Source of the DNA: Planktothrix sp. GU0601_MAG3
Lineage (GTDB): Bacteria > Cyanobacteriota > Cyanobacteriia > Cyanobacteriales > Microcoleaceae
Assembly: GCA_035193785.1 (NCBI GenBank)
Contig: CP136572.1
Coordinates: 2,612,578-2,676,577 of the forward strand
DNA length: 64,000 bases
Reading direction: 5' to 3'
The translations under genes were made by a program, and so were the position numbers. The notes under the pieces were generated by a model, which saw only the letters and a program-made list of their open reading frames with translations, was not told the DNA's origin and ran no database searches. This document shows positions 10,585 to 23,185 of this stretch, one piece after another. The stretch's first letter is position 1; the number at the start of each line of letters is the position of its first letter.

Positions 10585-10774
10585 ATGCTTGATAAGTGTG
10601 AAGAAAATTATTGCCCGTGGGTCAGGGATACACAGAAACCCTGACCACTACTACTGCTTACGCTGCAATAGAGATAGATGGGTTAATCAACGATCTAGAT
10701 CGGATGAATGGGAGGGTTTTTTTTGGGTAATTTTATTTGTGGTGGGAATAGGAATTGCGATCGCACTCCAATAA
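10585..10774 (+). CDS. Small Cys-rich (CxxxxC...CxxC) protein with C-terminal TM helix; apparent frameshift at 10635-10639
   Basis: GGAG RBS then ATG at 10585; repaired sequence MLDKCEENYCPWVRDTQNPDHYYCLRCNRDRW...FFWVILFVVGIGIAIALQ. Confidence 0.6.
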
Positions 10775-10852
10775 TAGACAGTTAACAGCCAACTCCATGT
10801 TAATGTTAATTTCTATATTGTAGAAACTCAACACACAAACGCACAAAGGATC

Positions 10853-11866
10853 ATGTCGGATACTCCATCGTCTCAACCTTCAGAAGCATCAACCAAAGAA
10901 GCGAATTCAGATCGCGGCGCTAAAACCCGACAACTTTTAGGGATGAAAGGGGCGTCGTCGGGGGAAACATCCATCTGGAAAATTCGCCTACAGTTGATGA
11001 AACCGATCACCTGGATACCCTTAATTTGGGGGGTGGTTTGTGGCGCTGCTTCATCGGGACATTTTAGTTGGTCAGTGGAAGATGTGTTAAAAGTGGCGAC
11101 CTGTATGTTAATGTCTGGGCCATTGATGACCGGGTACACCCAGACCATGAATGATTTTTACGATCGGGAATTGGACGCCATTAATGAGCCCTATCGGCCG
11201 ATCCCTTCCGGGGTGATTTCTGTTCCCCAGGTTGTCACCCAAATTTTACTATTATTAGGGTTAGGAATAGGGATTTCCTACCTTTTAGATACTTGGGCGG
11301 GCCATGAATTTCCCATAATTACGGTTTTATGTATCGGTGGGGCGTTTGTCTCCTATATTTATTCTGCACCCCCCCTGAAACTCAAGAAAAATGGCTGGTT
11401 AGGAAATTACGCGCTTGGGGCGAGTTATATTGCGTTACCTTGGTGGGCGGGTCATGCGTTATTTGGGGAACTCACCCCGACCCTGATGGTGTTAACCCTA
11501 TTTTATAGTTTAGCTGGGTTAGGAATTGCCATTGTTAATGACTTTAAAAGTGTGGAAGGCGATCGCCAATTGGGGTTACAATCCCTGCCAGTGATGTTTG
11601 GGATCACGACGGCGGCGTGGATTTGTGTTTTAATGATTGATATTTTCCAAGCCGGGATGGCGGTTTATTTAGTTAGTATCAAGCAAAATCTATATGCTAC
11701 GGTGCTTTTGCTGATGATTATTCCTCAAATTACCTTCCAAGATATGTATTTTCTACGCAATCCTGTAGAAAATGATGTTAAATATCAAGCAAGCGCCCAA
11801 CCGTTTCTAGTTTTAGGAATGCTGGTTGTGGGTTTAGCTATAGGTCACGCGACGATTGTAGGTTAA
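10853..11866 (+). CDS. chlG: Chlorophyll synthase
   Basis: KIRLQLMKPITWIPLIWG, NDFYDRELDAINEPYRPIPSG, NDFKSVEGDR, DVKYQASAQPF. Confidence 0.97.
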   Translation: MSDTPSSQPSEASTKEANSDRGAKTRQLLGMKGASSGETSIWKIRLQLMKPITWIPLIWGVVCGAASSGHFSWSVEDVLKVATCMLMSGPLMTGYTQTMNDFYDRELDAINEPYRPIPSGVISVPQVVTQILLLLGLGIGISYLLDTWAGHEFPIITVLCIGGAFVSYIYSAPPLKLKKNGWLGNYALGASYIALPWWAGHALFGELTPTLMVLTLFYSLAGLGIAIVNDFKSVEGDRQLGLQSLPVMFGITTAAWICVLMIDIFQAGMAVYLVSIKQNLYATVLLLMIIPQITFQDMYFLRNPVENDVKYQASAQPFLVLGMLVVGLAIGHATIVG

Positions 11867-12033
11867 TTTCCGATCAAACGGCCTGTTTCCTATCTAGGTG
11901 TGAAGCCGGGGATCAAGGAAAAAACCTTGATTTTTGGCGAGATCACCGATTTGACAGCTAACTATTGAGGAAACTTAGCCCTACCCTGAGCTATCCTAAT
12001 ATAGACTGTCGAATGCTCAATTAAACCAACCAT

Positions 12034-14447
12034 TTGTCCGAACCAATGGAAGAATCTCAATTCCCATCCAGACCCAAAACGGAATCGTTAGAGTCAGAAA
12101 CCCACCCGGAAAATACTTCTGGGGTGGTTTCAACCCAACCGGTTTTGACATCACCCGTGATGGCGACGGAAGTAGAGCCCGATCAGGTTTCTGCGGAAAC
12201 CGTTTCTGAGTCGAATCCCCAAGATGGGACTTGGTATCGTCGCGCCCTGAATCGGCTCAATTCCCAATGGGTTAAACTGCGTCAAGGTTTCACCTCTAAA
12301 GACCCTCAAGGGAAACCCTGGTATCGTCGTCCCAGGGTATGGATTGGAGTTGGGGTGATCGGTGTGGGCGGTGGTGCCCTAGGTTATGGGGCTTGGCAAT
12401 GGTATCAGATTGATCAAAGTCTTCCCCCCGTCTCGATGAGTGGGATGGCCTCCTTTAGTCGGGATGGCACAATTACAATTAGGGCTAATAACGGTGATAT
12501 TTTAATGCAAACCGGGCCAGCAACTAGGGAAAAACTCCGCCTCAAACAAATTCCCGAAAAGCTGGCGCAAGCGTTTATTTCCACTGAAGATATTCGTTTC
12601 TATGACCATGATGGGGTGGACTATCAAGGAATTGTTCGCGCCGTGGGCTCTAATATATTGGCTGGGGGGGTAGTGGAAGGAGGAAGTACCATCACCCAAC
12701 AGTTAGCTAGAATTGTTTATTTGAATCAAGAACATAGTCTGATTCGGAAACTCAAAGAGGCAATGGTCTCTTGGAAAATTGAAGATCAAATTAGTAAAGA
12801 TGATATCCTAGAACGCTATTTGAATTTAGTATATCTGGGTTCAGGTGCTTACGGGGTCGCGGATGCGGCCCATGTTTATTTTAGTAAGTCCGTAGGTGAA
12901 TTAACTTTGTCGGAAATGGCAATGTTGGCGGGTTTACCCCCCGCACCAAGTCAATATTCTCCTTTGGAAAATCCAGAGGCGGCTAAAAAAAGGCGTAATA
13001 TTGTTTTACAAAGAATGCAGGATGCCCAGGTAATTACCGCAGCCCAAGCGGAGGCGGCGATGCAAGAAACCCCTGACCCTGAAACCTAGTCAACCTAAAC
13101 GGTTATTAGTTAAAGCTCCCTATTTTTCTAGTTATGTTTTAAAAGAACTTCCCCAATATGTTTCTAAGGAGGTTGTGGAAGCTGGTGGGTTAATAGTTGA
13201 AACCAGTTTAGATGTGAAATGGCAAGAAGCTGCAGAAAAAACGATTAAAGATGCGGTGGAAATTGATGGTGCGGGTTCAAATTTTGGTCAAGCGGCTTTA
13301 GTTTCTATAGAAGCAAAAACCGGGGAAGTTAAGGCTATGGTGGGAGGGTATCAATATAAAGATAGTGAATTTAATCGTGTTACCCAAGCCCAAAGACAAC
13401 CGGGATCAACCTTTAAGGGATTAGTTTATGCGACGGCAATTGGGGCGGGTTTCTCCCCCTATGATAGCTATTTAGATGAACCCTATAAAGTTGATGGCTA
13501 CCGTCCCCGAAATTATGGGAATAAGCATTCTGGATGGATGTCGATGTCCGATGCTTTAAGCCGTTCTGTGAATGTAGTTGCGGTTAAAGTATTAGTAGAT
13601 GTGGGGTTTGAACCAGCAATGAAACTGGCAAAAGATATGGGGATTAAATCACCCTTAAAACCAACCTATGCCATGGCTTTAGGAGCCTATGAAGTTAATT
13701 TATTAGAGTTAACAAATGCTTACGGAACCCTAGCCGATGAGGGTAATTATATTCCGGCCCATGGTATTCGTCGGGTTTTAGATAAACAGGGAAATATTAT
13801 TTATCAAGCCAAATTTAAACCCAAACAAGTGTTAGATAAAAATAGTGCTGCCATTACTACTTGGATGTTAGAAGGGGTGGTTAACGGCGGAAACTGGCAG
13901 CCCAGCGGCTTTATCCGATCGACAGGTGGCGGGTAAAACCGGAACCTCTGAGGAAGCCAGGGATTTATGGTTTATTGGTTATATTCCCCAGGCTGTAACC
14001 GGAATTTGGTTAGGAAATGATAATAATGATCCAACTTGGGGCGCTAGTAGTAGTGCTGCTTATAGTTGGGGGGAATTTATGCGACAGGTGGCCGAGGGAA
14101 TGCCGGTTCAGAAGTTTCCAAAACTACCTGAATTAGAGGGACGCAAAGGCAGTATCAAAGCCAAAGCCCATCAACCTAATAGTATTGAAACTGGGGCAAA
14201 AGTAGCTATTGAAGATGGTGATCCTGGTGATCCCGCCCAAGATGCTAGGGCCGATGGCAGTTACGCCAGCAATTCAGAATATTCTGATAGTGGCTATTCA
14301 GAAAGTTATAACGACAATAGCGGTTACTACAATGATAACGGTGCTTCTGAGGGGGGATATTCTGATGGGGGATATTCTGAGGGGGGATATTCTGAGGGGG
14401 GATATTCTGAGGGGGGATATTCTGACGATGGATATAGCAACCAATAA
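12034..14447 (+). CDS. Class A penicillin-binding protein (PBP1A family); apparent frameshifts at ~13066-13085 and 13890-13894
   Basis: Transglycosylase EDIRFYDHDG and GGSTITQQ; transpeptidase GSTFK, SVN, KTG; acidic (SEGGY)n tail. Confidence 0.92.
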
Positions 14448-14606
14448 TAATCCCTAGTATTCTTGGTTCAACGAAACCACTCAAGACCAGTCGAAGGGAC
14501 GGGGTTTTAAACCCAATTTTTCTATAAACCCCTAAATTTTGTTAAACGCGCTAAAATTCAGAAGGATTAATTGCGATCGCCCGGTTAAGGAGAACCTTTA
14601 TTTGTT

Positions 14607-14819
14607 ATGGATGAGATCAAACCTATTTTACAAGAATTAACCCGTGAACCCATCGCCTTTTTCGGTGGCTTTGTCTCAGGTTTATTAAAATTAAACCTCA
14701 ATGACGATCCCATTAAAACTTGGCTAGAGAAAGAAGGTGGAACCACGGTATCAGGTTCCTCGGGTTCTAACAATAATAATGGCAATTCTGGTGGCCCCCA
14801 ATCAATTCAGATTGATTAA
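14607..14819 (+). CDS. Small conserved cyanobacterial hypothetical protein
   Basis: 70-aa ORF with PIAFFGGFVSGLLKLNLNDDPIKTWL...GPQSIQID. Confidence 0.75.
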   Translation: MDEIKPILQELTREPIAFFGGFVSGLLKLNLNDDPIKTWLEKEGGTTVSGSSGSNNNNGNSGGPQSIQID

Positions 14820-14834
14820 TTAGTCTAAATCAAT

Positions 14835-14861
14835 TAGGGGCGAATGGCTATTCGCCCCTAC
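14835..14861. repeat. GTAG-type REP hairpin
   Basis: TAGGGGCGAATGGCTATTCGCCCCTAC; near-identical to 14998-15025. Confidence 0.8.
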
Positions 14862-14961
14862 CTCTTGATGTTAGAAGTTGGAAGCCTACACTTACTTTAG
14901 AAACACAAAGACACGGAGACATTAAGAAAGAATTCCTGTTTTTGTGGTTAATCAAATTAAA

Positions 14962-15053
14962 CAGGAATTACGCAGAATACCCAATTATACACCATCTGTA
15001 GGGGCGAATGGCCATTCGCCCCTACTAGATATGGTTGTTTTGCGTAAGTCCTG
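14962..15053. mobile_element. MITE/REP-like element, CAGGA(C/A)TTACGCA TIR family
   Basis: CAGGAATTACGCA...TGCGTAAGTCCTG enclosing GTAGGGGCGAATGGCCATTCGCCCCTAC. Confidence 0.75.
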
Positions 15054-15371
15054 TTAAAGTAAACCATACACCCATTTAACCAGTTCAGGCGATCGCAACA
15101 CTCCTTCATGGCGACCAACAGGTTGACCCTTTTTAAATAAGATTAATGTCGGTAAGGCCATAATATTATATTGAGAAGCCAGTTCCGGGTATTTATCACT
15201 ATCGATTTTAACAATTTGGATTTGTTGATTCATTTCTTGATTGACTTCTTCCAAAATTGGGGTCATCATTTGGCAAGGGCCACACCAAGTTGCATAGAAG
15301 TCTACTAACACTGGAACGTCAGAATGGGTTAGTAGTTCTTGAAAGTTATTAAAGGTTTGTTTAACGGCCAT
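15054..15371 (-). CDS. Thioredoxin (probably y-type)
   Basis: VLVDFYATWCGPC active site; N-terminus MAVKQTFNNFQELL. Confidence 0.93.
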   Translation of the reverse strand: MAVKQTFNNFQELLTHSDVPVLVDFYATWCGPCQMMTPILEEVNQEMNQQIQIVKIDSDKYPELASQYNIMALPTLILFKKGQPVGRHEGVLRSPELVKWVYGLL

Positions 15372-15404
15372 AGTTGATGCTCGGAAAGTTTTGGATCTCA
15401 ATTA

Positions 15405-15509
15405 TATAGCAGTTGCCACATCTATTAGGACATTGTTGAAAGCTAAAAGCTGCTCATAGTAAGTATTTACCCATTGCCAATTGCCCATTCCCTATTACCT
15501 CTTGCTATA
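15405..15509. mobile_element. 105-bp TATAGCA...TGCTATA MITE-like element, copy 1
   Basis: Near-identical inverted copy at 28405-28509. Confidence 0.8.
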
Positions 15510-15510
15510 A

Positions 15511-16362
<852 letters not shown>

Positions 16363-16505
16363 AATCACATTCAGGATTTAGATAGATGACGAGGATTTCA
16401 AGGATTGAGTAAATTTGTGATTGAAGTCTGTGTCATTCGTCTAAATCCTTAATTCTGGTTTTATAATCTAATTATTCTATCTAATCCATGACAATAATTA
16501 GGGCT

Positions 16506-16764
16506 ATGGATGCAATCACCGATACCGAAGTTCAGAAAAACTTCACCGCAGTCATGAACCAAGTTTGTGATGATCATGCACCGATTATCATGACTCGGGA
16601 GTCAGAAACCCCCTGTGGTGATTATTTCCTTGGAAGACTATAACGCGATAGAAGAAACGTTGTATTTACTGCAAAGTCCTAAAAATGCTGAACGTCTTAC
16701 CAAAGCATTACAAGATTTGAAACGAGAAAACTATCAAAAGCATGACTTAATAGAAGTTGAGTAA
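16506..16764 (+). CDS. yefM: YefM/Phd antitoxin; apparent frameshift at 16605-16609 (absent from ORF track)
   Basis: Repaired sequence MDAITDTEVQKNFTAVMNQVCDDHAPIIMTRESEPPVVIISLEDYNAIEETLYLLQSPKNAERL...; lies directly upstream of the toxin. Confidence 0.88.
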
Positions 16765-16776
16765 AGTGTAAAGTGG

Positions 16777-17034
16777 ATGAATATTCTATTTTTAGAAGAT
16801 GCTTGGCAAGATTATCTCTATTGGCAAAAAAATGATCAAAAAATCTTAAAACGGATTAATGAGTTAATCAAAGATATTCAGCGATCACCTTTCTCTGGAA
16901 TCGGTAAACCCGAAGCGCTTAGATTTAATATGTCGGGACTTTGGTCACGAAGAATCGATCAAGAACATCGACTCATTTATCAAATTAAAGATGATTCTAT
17001 TATTATTGTTCAATGTCGCTATCATTACTCTTAA
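16777..17034 (+). CDS. yoeB: YoeB/Txe mRNA interferase toxin
   Basis: AWQDYLYW, PFSGIGKPEAL, WSRRIDQEHRLIY, CRYHY. Confidence 0.95.
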   Translation: MNILFLEDAWQDYLYWQKNDQKILKRINELIKDIQRSPFSGIGKPEALRFNMSGLWSRRIDQEHRLIYQIKDDSIIIVQCRYHYS

Positions 17035-17041
17035 TCTAAAT

Positions 17042-17180
17042 TATAGCAATCCTAAATAGGTTGTAACATTTCAATACTGATATGAAACAGTCAGAAGTAT
17101 TACCCCAGATCCGGTGTTCCCAGATCCGGCGTTCCCTTTTGATCAGGAATTTTGAACACAACTCAAATAGGATTGCTATA
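17042..17180. mobile_element. MITE-like element with TATAGCAATCCTA TIRs
   Basis: TATAGCAATCCTA...TAGGATTGCTATA; internal CCCAGATCCGG(T/C)GTTCC duplication. Confidence 0.75.
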
Positions 17181-17235
17181 TCAATTTTGAGATCCTCGCT
17201 TTCTATGGGCATATTGTTTCAATACCCAACAATTT

Positions 17236-20200
17236 TTAATCTTGATTCGGGTCTATTTCCCCAGAATTTTTAATCACGGGCAAAATAAAAGGCTGGGGTT
17301 TGCCAATGCCATAGCCTTGAACATAATTAATCCCAATATTTTTAAGTTCTGTTAAAATAGCATCATTTTCCACAAATTCAGCAATGGTTTTAATTTTCAT
17401 AACGCGACCAATGCGATGAATTGATTCAACAATTTCCCGGCCAACGGGGTCAGTTAAGATATCTTTAACAAAACCTCCATCAATTTTTAAGTAATCAATC
17501 GGCAGGGCTTTTAAATAGGAAAAAGAAGACATTCCACTGCCAAAATCATCGAGGGCAAAGGAACAACCCAACTCCTTAAAAGATTGAATTAGCTGCACGG
17601 CTTTTTTGAGGTTGGCAATAGCTACGGTTTCTGTAATTTCAAAACAAATCATTGTGGGAGGAATTTTATACAGTTCAAACTGTTGATAAAGAAACTCAAT
17701 AAATTGATTATCATTCAGACTCGCACCGGATAAGTTGATCGCATAAAAGTCTTGATTTTTCGAGGTATTTGGGGTTGAATTTAAACTCTGATTATCTTTT
17801 TCTAAATAGCTAAAAACCGTACTAATTACCCAACGGTCAATACTTTTCATTAAATCATATCTTTCCGCGGCTGGAATAAACGCCATCGGGGGTACTAATT
17901 GACCAGATATATCTCTTAACCGTAGTAAAATTTCCCCGTGTTTATGGGATTTTGAGGTAGGATTAACCTCAACTATAGGTTGATAATATAAACAAAAACG
18001 ATCTTCTTCTAGGGCTCGCGGAATTTGAGCCGCCCAGCGAATTTCCCGGCGTTGTTGAATCAAATCTTGGTCATTAGCTTGATACAGGTTGACTCGATTA
18101 CGACCTTGATTTTTAGCCGCATAACAAGCGGCATCCGCCGCACTCAAAATCGTGGCTAAATCGGTGGTTTGATGATCAATTTCAACTAATCCAATACTGA
18201 CCCCGACAGAAAAAACTCTTTCTTCCCAGGTAAAGCGAAAATTTTTCACTAAATTACACAGGTCTACGGCTTTTTTATGGGCTTCATCTAAGGAATAGTT
18301 ATTTAATAATAGGCCGAATTCGTCCCCCCCTAAACGGGCTAGGGTATCCCTTTCCGTGACTTGATTTTGTAATAAACAACTCAATTGTCGGAGTAATTCA
18401 TCCCCGGCTAAATGCCCACAGGTGTCATTAACAATTTTGAATTGATCTAAATCTAAATAACAAATTGCATGATGATTTGAGGATTTCGGCAACATTTTTA
18501 AGGTTTGTGTCACCCGATTTTCAAATTCACTGCGATTAATTAATCCGGTTAAGGCATCATGGCAAGCTTGCCAGGATAATCTTCTAGTAAGTTCCCTTTC
18601 TTGGGTAACATCTCGAAATACTAAAACGGCCCCAATAATTTCACCATCTCGATTTCTAATTGGGGCGGCAGAATTATCAATAGATAGTTCTTTTCCGTCT
18701 TTTGCCCTTAAAATTACATTATCGGAAAAATCAAAAATACACCCTTCTTCTAAAACTTTTTGAACTGCATTTACACCGAAATTACGAGTTTGACTATCAA
18801 AAATTTTGAAGATGTTATTTAAGGCTAAACCCTTAGCTTCTATTAATGACCAACCTGTTAATTTTTCAGCCACGGGATTGAGGGATTCAATTTCTCCCTG
18901 ATTATTGGTGGTAATTACGGCATCGCCAATGGATTGTAGGGTAACTTGGGCTAATTCTCGGCTTTGTCTTAACTGATTTTCACTGGATTCTAGGGCAACT
19001 AACATTAGGGAGTTTCTTAATTCTTGGGCGACTTCAATTTCAACGGGTTTCCAAGGTAGGGATTTTAATTTAACGGTTTCTTTCCAAAGTTCAAAAGATC
19101 GCCGAGGGGTTAATTTAATTTCTCCCGGTGTTTCGCTTTCCGTGGAATCCTGGGGATTTCCTGCCCAATTAACTGTTTGAATCACTTCTGGTCTAAACCA
19201 AATTAAATGATATTCGCTTTGATTAGGAGACAGGGAAATAGCCATAATTCCACTAATTAGATCATGATAAGATTCAGCTTCAGGATAAAGTTTAGGTAAA
19301 CAATCGGTATAAAATATTTCTTGATGGCAATATTGAGATAACCATTCTGTCAGTTTTTTAACTTCGCTTAAAGGCGGGGTTTTACCTACTAAAATTAAAT
19401 CTTCTCCAAATCGGATGACCGCCCCTTGAGCTTTAACAAGATTGAGTAAATTCGTTTGATCTTGAGCTAAGGTTTGAATAAAAGAGGTTTCTAAAGCGGT
19501 TACATTCAGTAAATTTTTCCGAACTGATTTAAGAATTTCACGGTAATATTCATAATCTTCACTAATTTCTTTATAGGGTAATTCTACCGCCATAACTTGT
19601 CCTAAAAATTCGCAGGATTTACGAATAGTATAGGATAGATAACTGGAAGAATAATGGTGACACGCAATTAAACCCCAAAGTTTTTCTCTTTTAATCAGAG
19701 AAATACAGAGAGTCGCTTGAAACCCCCATATTTTTTAGGTATTGTAAATGGCAGGGAGAAACCGTTCGGAGAACGGAAAAACTCAAATCTAGGGGCTTTT
19801 GGGTGGTTGGATGGAGGGGCGGAATAATATCAACGGGTTGATGATCAACATCTACTAATAGTCGCAACCAATTTTGTCGATAGAGTTCCCTCGCGGCTTC
19901 GGGAATATCCAGACTGGGGTAGTGTAGTCCTAAAAAACTTTCTAAATCCTGGCGTTTATCCTCGGCAATCACAAATCCATGATTGTCGTAATCAAATTGA
20001 TAGATCATTACTCGGTCAAATCCACTAATTTTTCGGATTTCCTCGGCTAGAAATTGAGTTAAATCCCTAAAGTTAGTGGCGCTTTGAATTTTACAAACTG
20101 AGCCCCTGACTAAATGATAAAAATTGATAAAGGTGACATTTTGATCTTGAGTTGGCTCCAGTTCTAAGATGACAATTCCTTGGTTTCGGTGTAAAATACC

Positions 20201-20503
20201 ATCACAAATAATTTTTTTATTCTTAACATAAAAAATTAGCCGAATCGGATTATAATAGTTAAATTCATTACTAATTAAACATTCTTGAATTTGGGAAAGT
20301 TGCTGTTTGTCTAAAAAATCGCTTAAGGGTCGATTGATCAAAGCATTCGTGGAAATGCCATAGAGTTCCATGGCATTTTGGCTGGCTTGCAAAATCTTCA
20401 GGTCGGCTTCTTGCAAGGTCAACAACAGACCATGAGGTTGAATTCTACCCTGGGGATGAATCAGTTCTGGGTTAGTCTGAACAAAGTCATTATTAAAGCT
20501 CAT
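17236..20503 (-). CDS. Knotted phytochrome (PAS-GAF-PHY) fused to PAS-GGDEF-EAL; apparent frameshift at 19719-19723
   Basis: IQPHG, FDRVMIY, DIP, VSPCHLQYLKNMGV, LWGLIACHH, PRRSF; GGDEF; EILLR and DDFGSG. Confidence 0.9.
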
Positions 20504-20809
20504 TGTTTTGTTTCACTTCACACATTTTTCCCTATTAGCAGATCATAGAATAATTTCAGGTTATTTCTTGTTACGATATTTTAATTTATCCATGCCCCCA
20601 ATGTTCAGAATTTCTCCTGAAAATCACTCTTGACTTCTTACTATATATATTATAGCAAGCCCGGTTCAACTAACTTACTATTTCGCTCATACCCCTAGCG
20701 GGACTTAAACAAAAACGGCTTCAAACCTTACGGAAAAATTATTTCAACTTGAATGGGTATCCATCCACTTTTGGCAAGGGTTTAAACCCTTTGAGGGGTA
20801 AGAAAATGT

Positions 20810-22015
20810 CTAAGTCCCATTAGCCATTTTGGAACTTGTTAATTGAGGCAAAAATAATACCAAAAAAGCTATGATTAAAAATGCTATGATTCCTAAGCGA
20901 TAACTGATTATTAGATTCAGAGTTCCCAGATATTTCACAATAAGCTCATATCCGCTCATTGCTAAAGAAAACGCCCCAAAATATACTCCCATTCCTAAAC
21001 CGCCTTGATGGGATGGAACCAGAGAAAAAGCAATCGGGACAATTCCATTGGCAACTAAACTATAGCTGGCAATCAGTAATAAACCCACCAGAATAATTAG
21101 GATTTTATTGGTAATAAAAGATAGGAATAATAACAAAATAGCCGTGGTTACTAATCCGATTAAAGTTGCCTTATGATTGCTGATTTTAACGGCAAATAAT
21201 CCCGCAGGAATGGAAGCAAATGCTAATAAAACTAATCCAGAAAACATTATTAATTGGGGATTTCCGCCATAATTTTTAATTACTTGAGGAAAAATTTCCC
21301 CCAAGATTGATCGAGTTCCCAAGGCTGCAAATAATCCCAATATTGCAATAAAAACTAAGTTTCTGAAATATAATTTCTGAGTTGGTTCTTCTGACTGTGA
21401 AATAACACTTAAATCAGGATTAAAATATCTTAAAACTCCCACGGAACCCAATAAAACTAAAGACCCGATTGTAAAGGTAACTCCCGATCCAAAACTGAGA
21501 ATAAACTGACTAGAAATAGGACGAATTGCCCCGACAATACCCCCCATAAAAACTAAAAAACTCATGGCTTGAGGGAGTTTTTTTTCTCCTGCATATTGAC
21601 CTAATAAAGCCGTAACCGGACTTCTGAAAATTGCCATGGCAACGGCCCATAAAATCAATATAATTGGGAATATCCAATGTAAGGAATTAAGGGATTGACC
21701 AAAAATATAAAAGGCGGGAATGGCGATAAATAAAGCTGAGGATAAAATTACTCCTAAACTAATTAAGGGAAATCGGGTTCCCAGCCATCGCCGTTGACGG
21801 TCAGAGAAATTCCCCGCTATCGGTTCAATGATGACTCCTAGGGCATTTTCAATGATTATAATGGTTGAGAATAACCCAGGAAATCCCAAGGAGGCTAGGA
21901 GTTGGGGTAAATATAATCGATAGAGTAACCAAGTTAGGCTAATTGCGCCTTGAACTAAGGATAATCCGATTAACTGAAACCAAAGAATAGAAGGTTTAGA
22001 AGTTGCGGTTGTCAT
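20810..22015 (-). CDS. MFS transporter
   Basis: About 12 hydrophobic segments; GNFSDRQ loop motif. Confidence 0.8.
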   Translation of the reverse strand: MTTATSKPSILWFQLIGLSLVQGAISLTWLLYRLYLPQLLASLGFPGLFSTIIIIENALGVIIEPIAGNFSDRQRRWLGTRFPLISLGVILSSALFIAIPAFYIFGQSLNSLHWIFPIILILWAVAMAIFRSPVTALLGQYAGEKKLPQAMSFLVFMGGIVGAIRPISSQFILSFGSGVTFTIGSLVLLGSVGVLRYFNPDLSVISQSEEPTQKLYFRNLVFIAILGLFAALGTRSILGEIFPQVIKNYGGNPQLIMFSGLVLLAFASIPAGLFAVKISNHKATLIGLVTTAILLLFLSFITNKILIILVGLLLIASYSLVANGIVPIAFSLVPSHQGGLGMGVYFGAFSLAMSGYELIVKYLGTLNLIISYRLGIIAFLIIAFLVLFLPQLTSSKMANGT

Positions 22016-22020
22016 CTGAA

Positions 22021-23062
22021 TTAAGGATTAATGCGATTATTTACCAATTCTATGCCTAAATCGATGGCGGCTCTCATACTCGACCCATCGGCTATTCCTT
22101 TACCCGCAATATCAAAGGCTGTGCCATGATCGGGAGAAGTTCTAATAAAGGGTAAACCAATTGTAGTATTAACCGCTCGATCAAATGCCATTAATTTAAC
22201 AGGAATTAACCCCTGATCATGGTACAAGGCGACGTAGGCATCATGGGCATTTTTTCCTAAATTAAACCAGGCTTGACCGGGCTTAACCCACATTGTATCG
22301 GGGGGAATGGGGCCGTCTAATTGAATATAGGGATAGCGATCTCGTTGTTGATTTAACCAGGGAATTAACCAGTCTTTTTCTTCTATTCCTAACTGTCCAT
22401 TTTCCCCGCTATGGGGATTTAATCCGGCTACGGCAATTCTGGGATTTTCCAGTCCGAATTCATGGCGTAAACAATCTACCAATAATTCTAATTTTAAACT
22501 CAGCAATTCCGGGGTTAAGGTTTGGGAAATTTGCGATAGGGGAATATGGGTCGTAGCTAATAAGGTTTCTTAATGTCCAGCCTGTGTAGGGAGAGCGGGC
22601 AACAAATAGCATTCCAAACCGTTTAACCTGGGCTTTTTCTGCTAAAAATTCCGTTTGTCCGGGATAATTATGACCTGCTAAATTCCAGAGATTCTTAGCA
22701 ATTGGCCCGGTGATCACCCCATCAAATTCTCCTTGCAAAGTTCGGGTGATAGCTGTATCTAAATATTGAAAACTGACCGCCCCACTGGTTTGATTTCCCA
22801 CCCCTATTTCTAATGGGGGTAAACTGGGATCAGGATCTAAATGAATCACCCGTAACTGATGAGGTTTTGCCACTTGAAATCCCTGATTTTGTAATTGTTG
22901 ATAGGTTTCTTGTAAAATGCGATCGCTTCCCACTATAGTTAAATCAGACTTTTGATGTAACATCGGATCAGCTAAGGCTTTTAATATTACCTCTGGCCCT
23001 ATCCCTGATGGATCGCCTAATGTTATCGCTAAACGAGGTAATTTTTTAGATTGAAGCATCAT
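22021..23062 (-). CDS. pdxA: 4-hydroxythreonine-4-phosphate dehydrogenase; apparent frameshift at 22565-22569
   Basis: [40 protein letters not shown]. Confidence 0.95.
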
Positions 23063-23185
23063 TCAATATCCTTAAAAATCTGTTGATTAAAATTAATATT
23101 ATACAATTATTGTATACTGATCCCCAAACCGTAGTAAGCCCGACCGGGCTTTCTTTCTCTGATTTCTCCCCATTTTTAACCAAAT

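Noticed and set aside
14465..14530. Possible IS200/IS605 end remnant (GGGACGGGGTTTTAAACCC)
   Set aside because: Too short and degenerate to support without a search.
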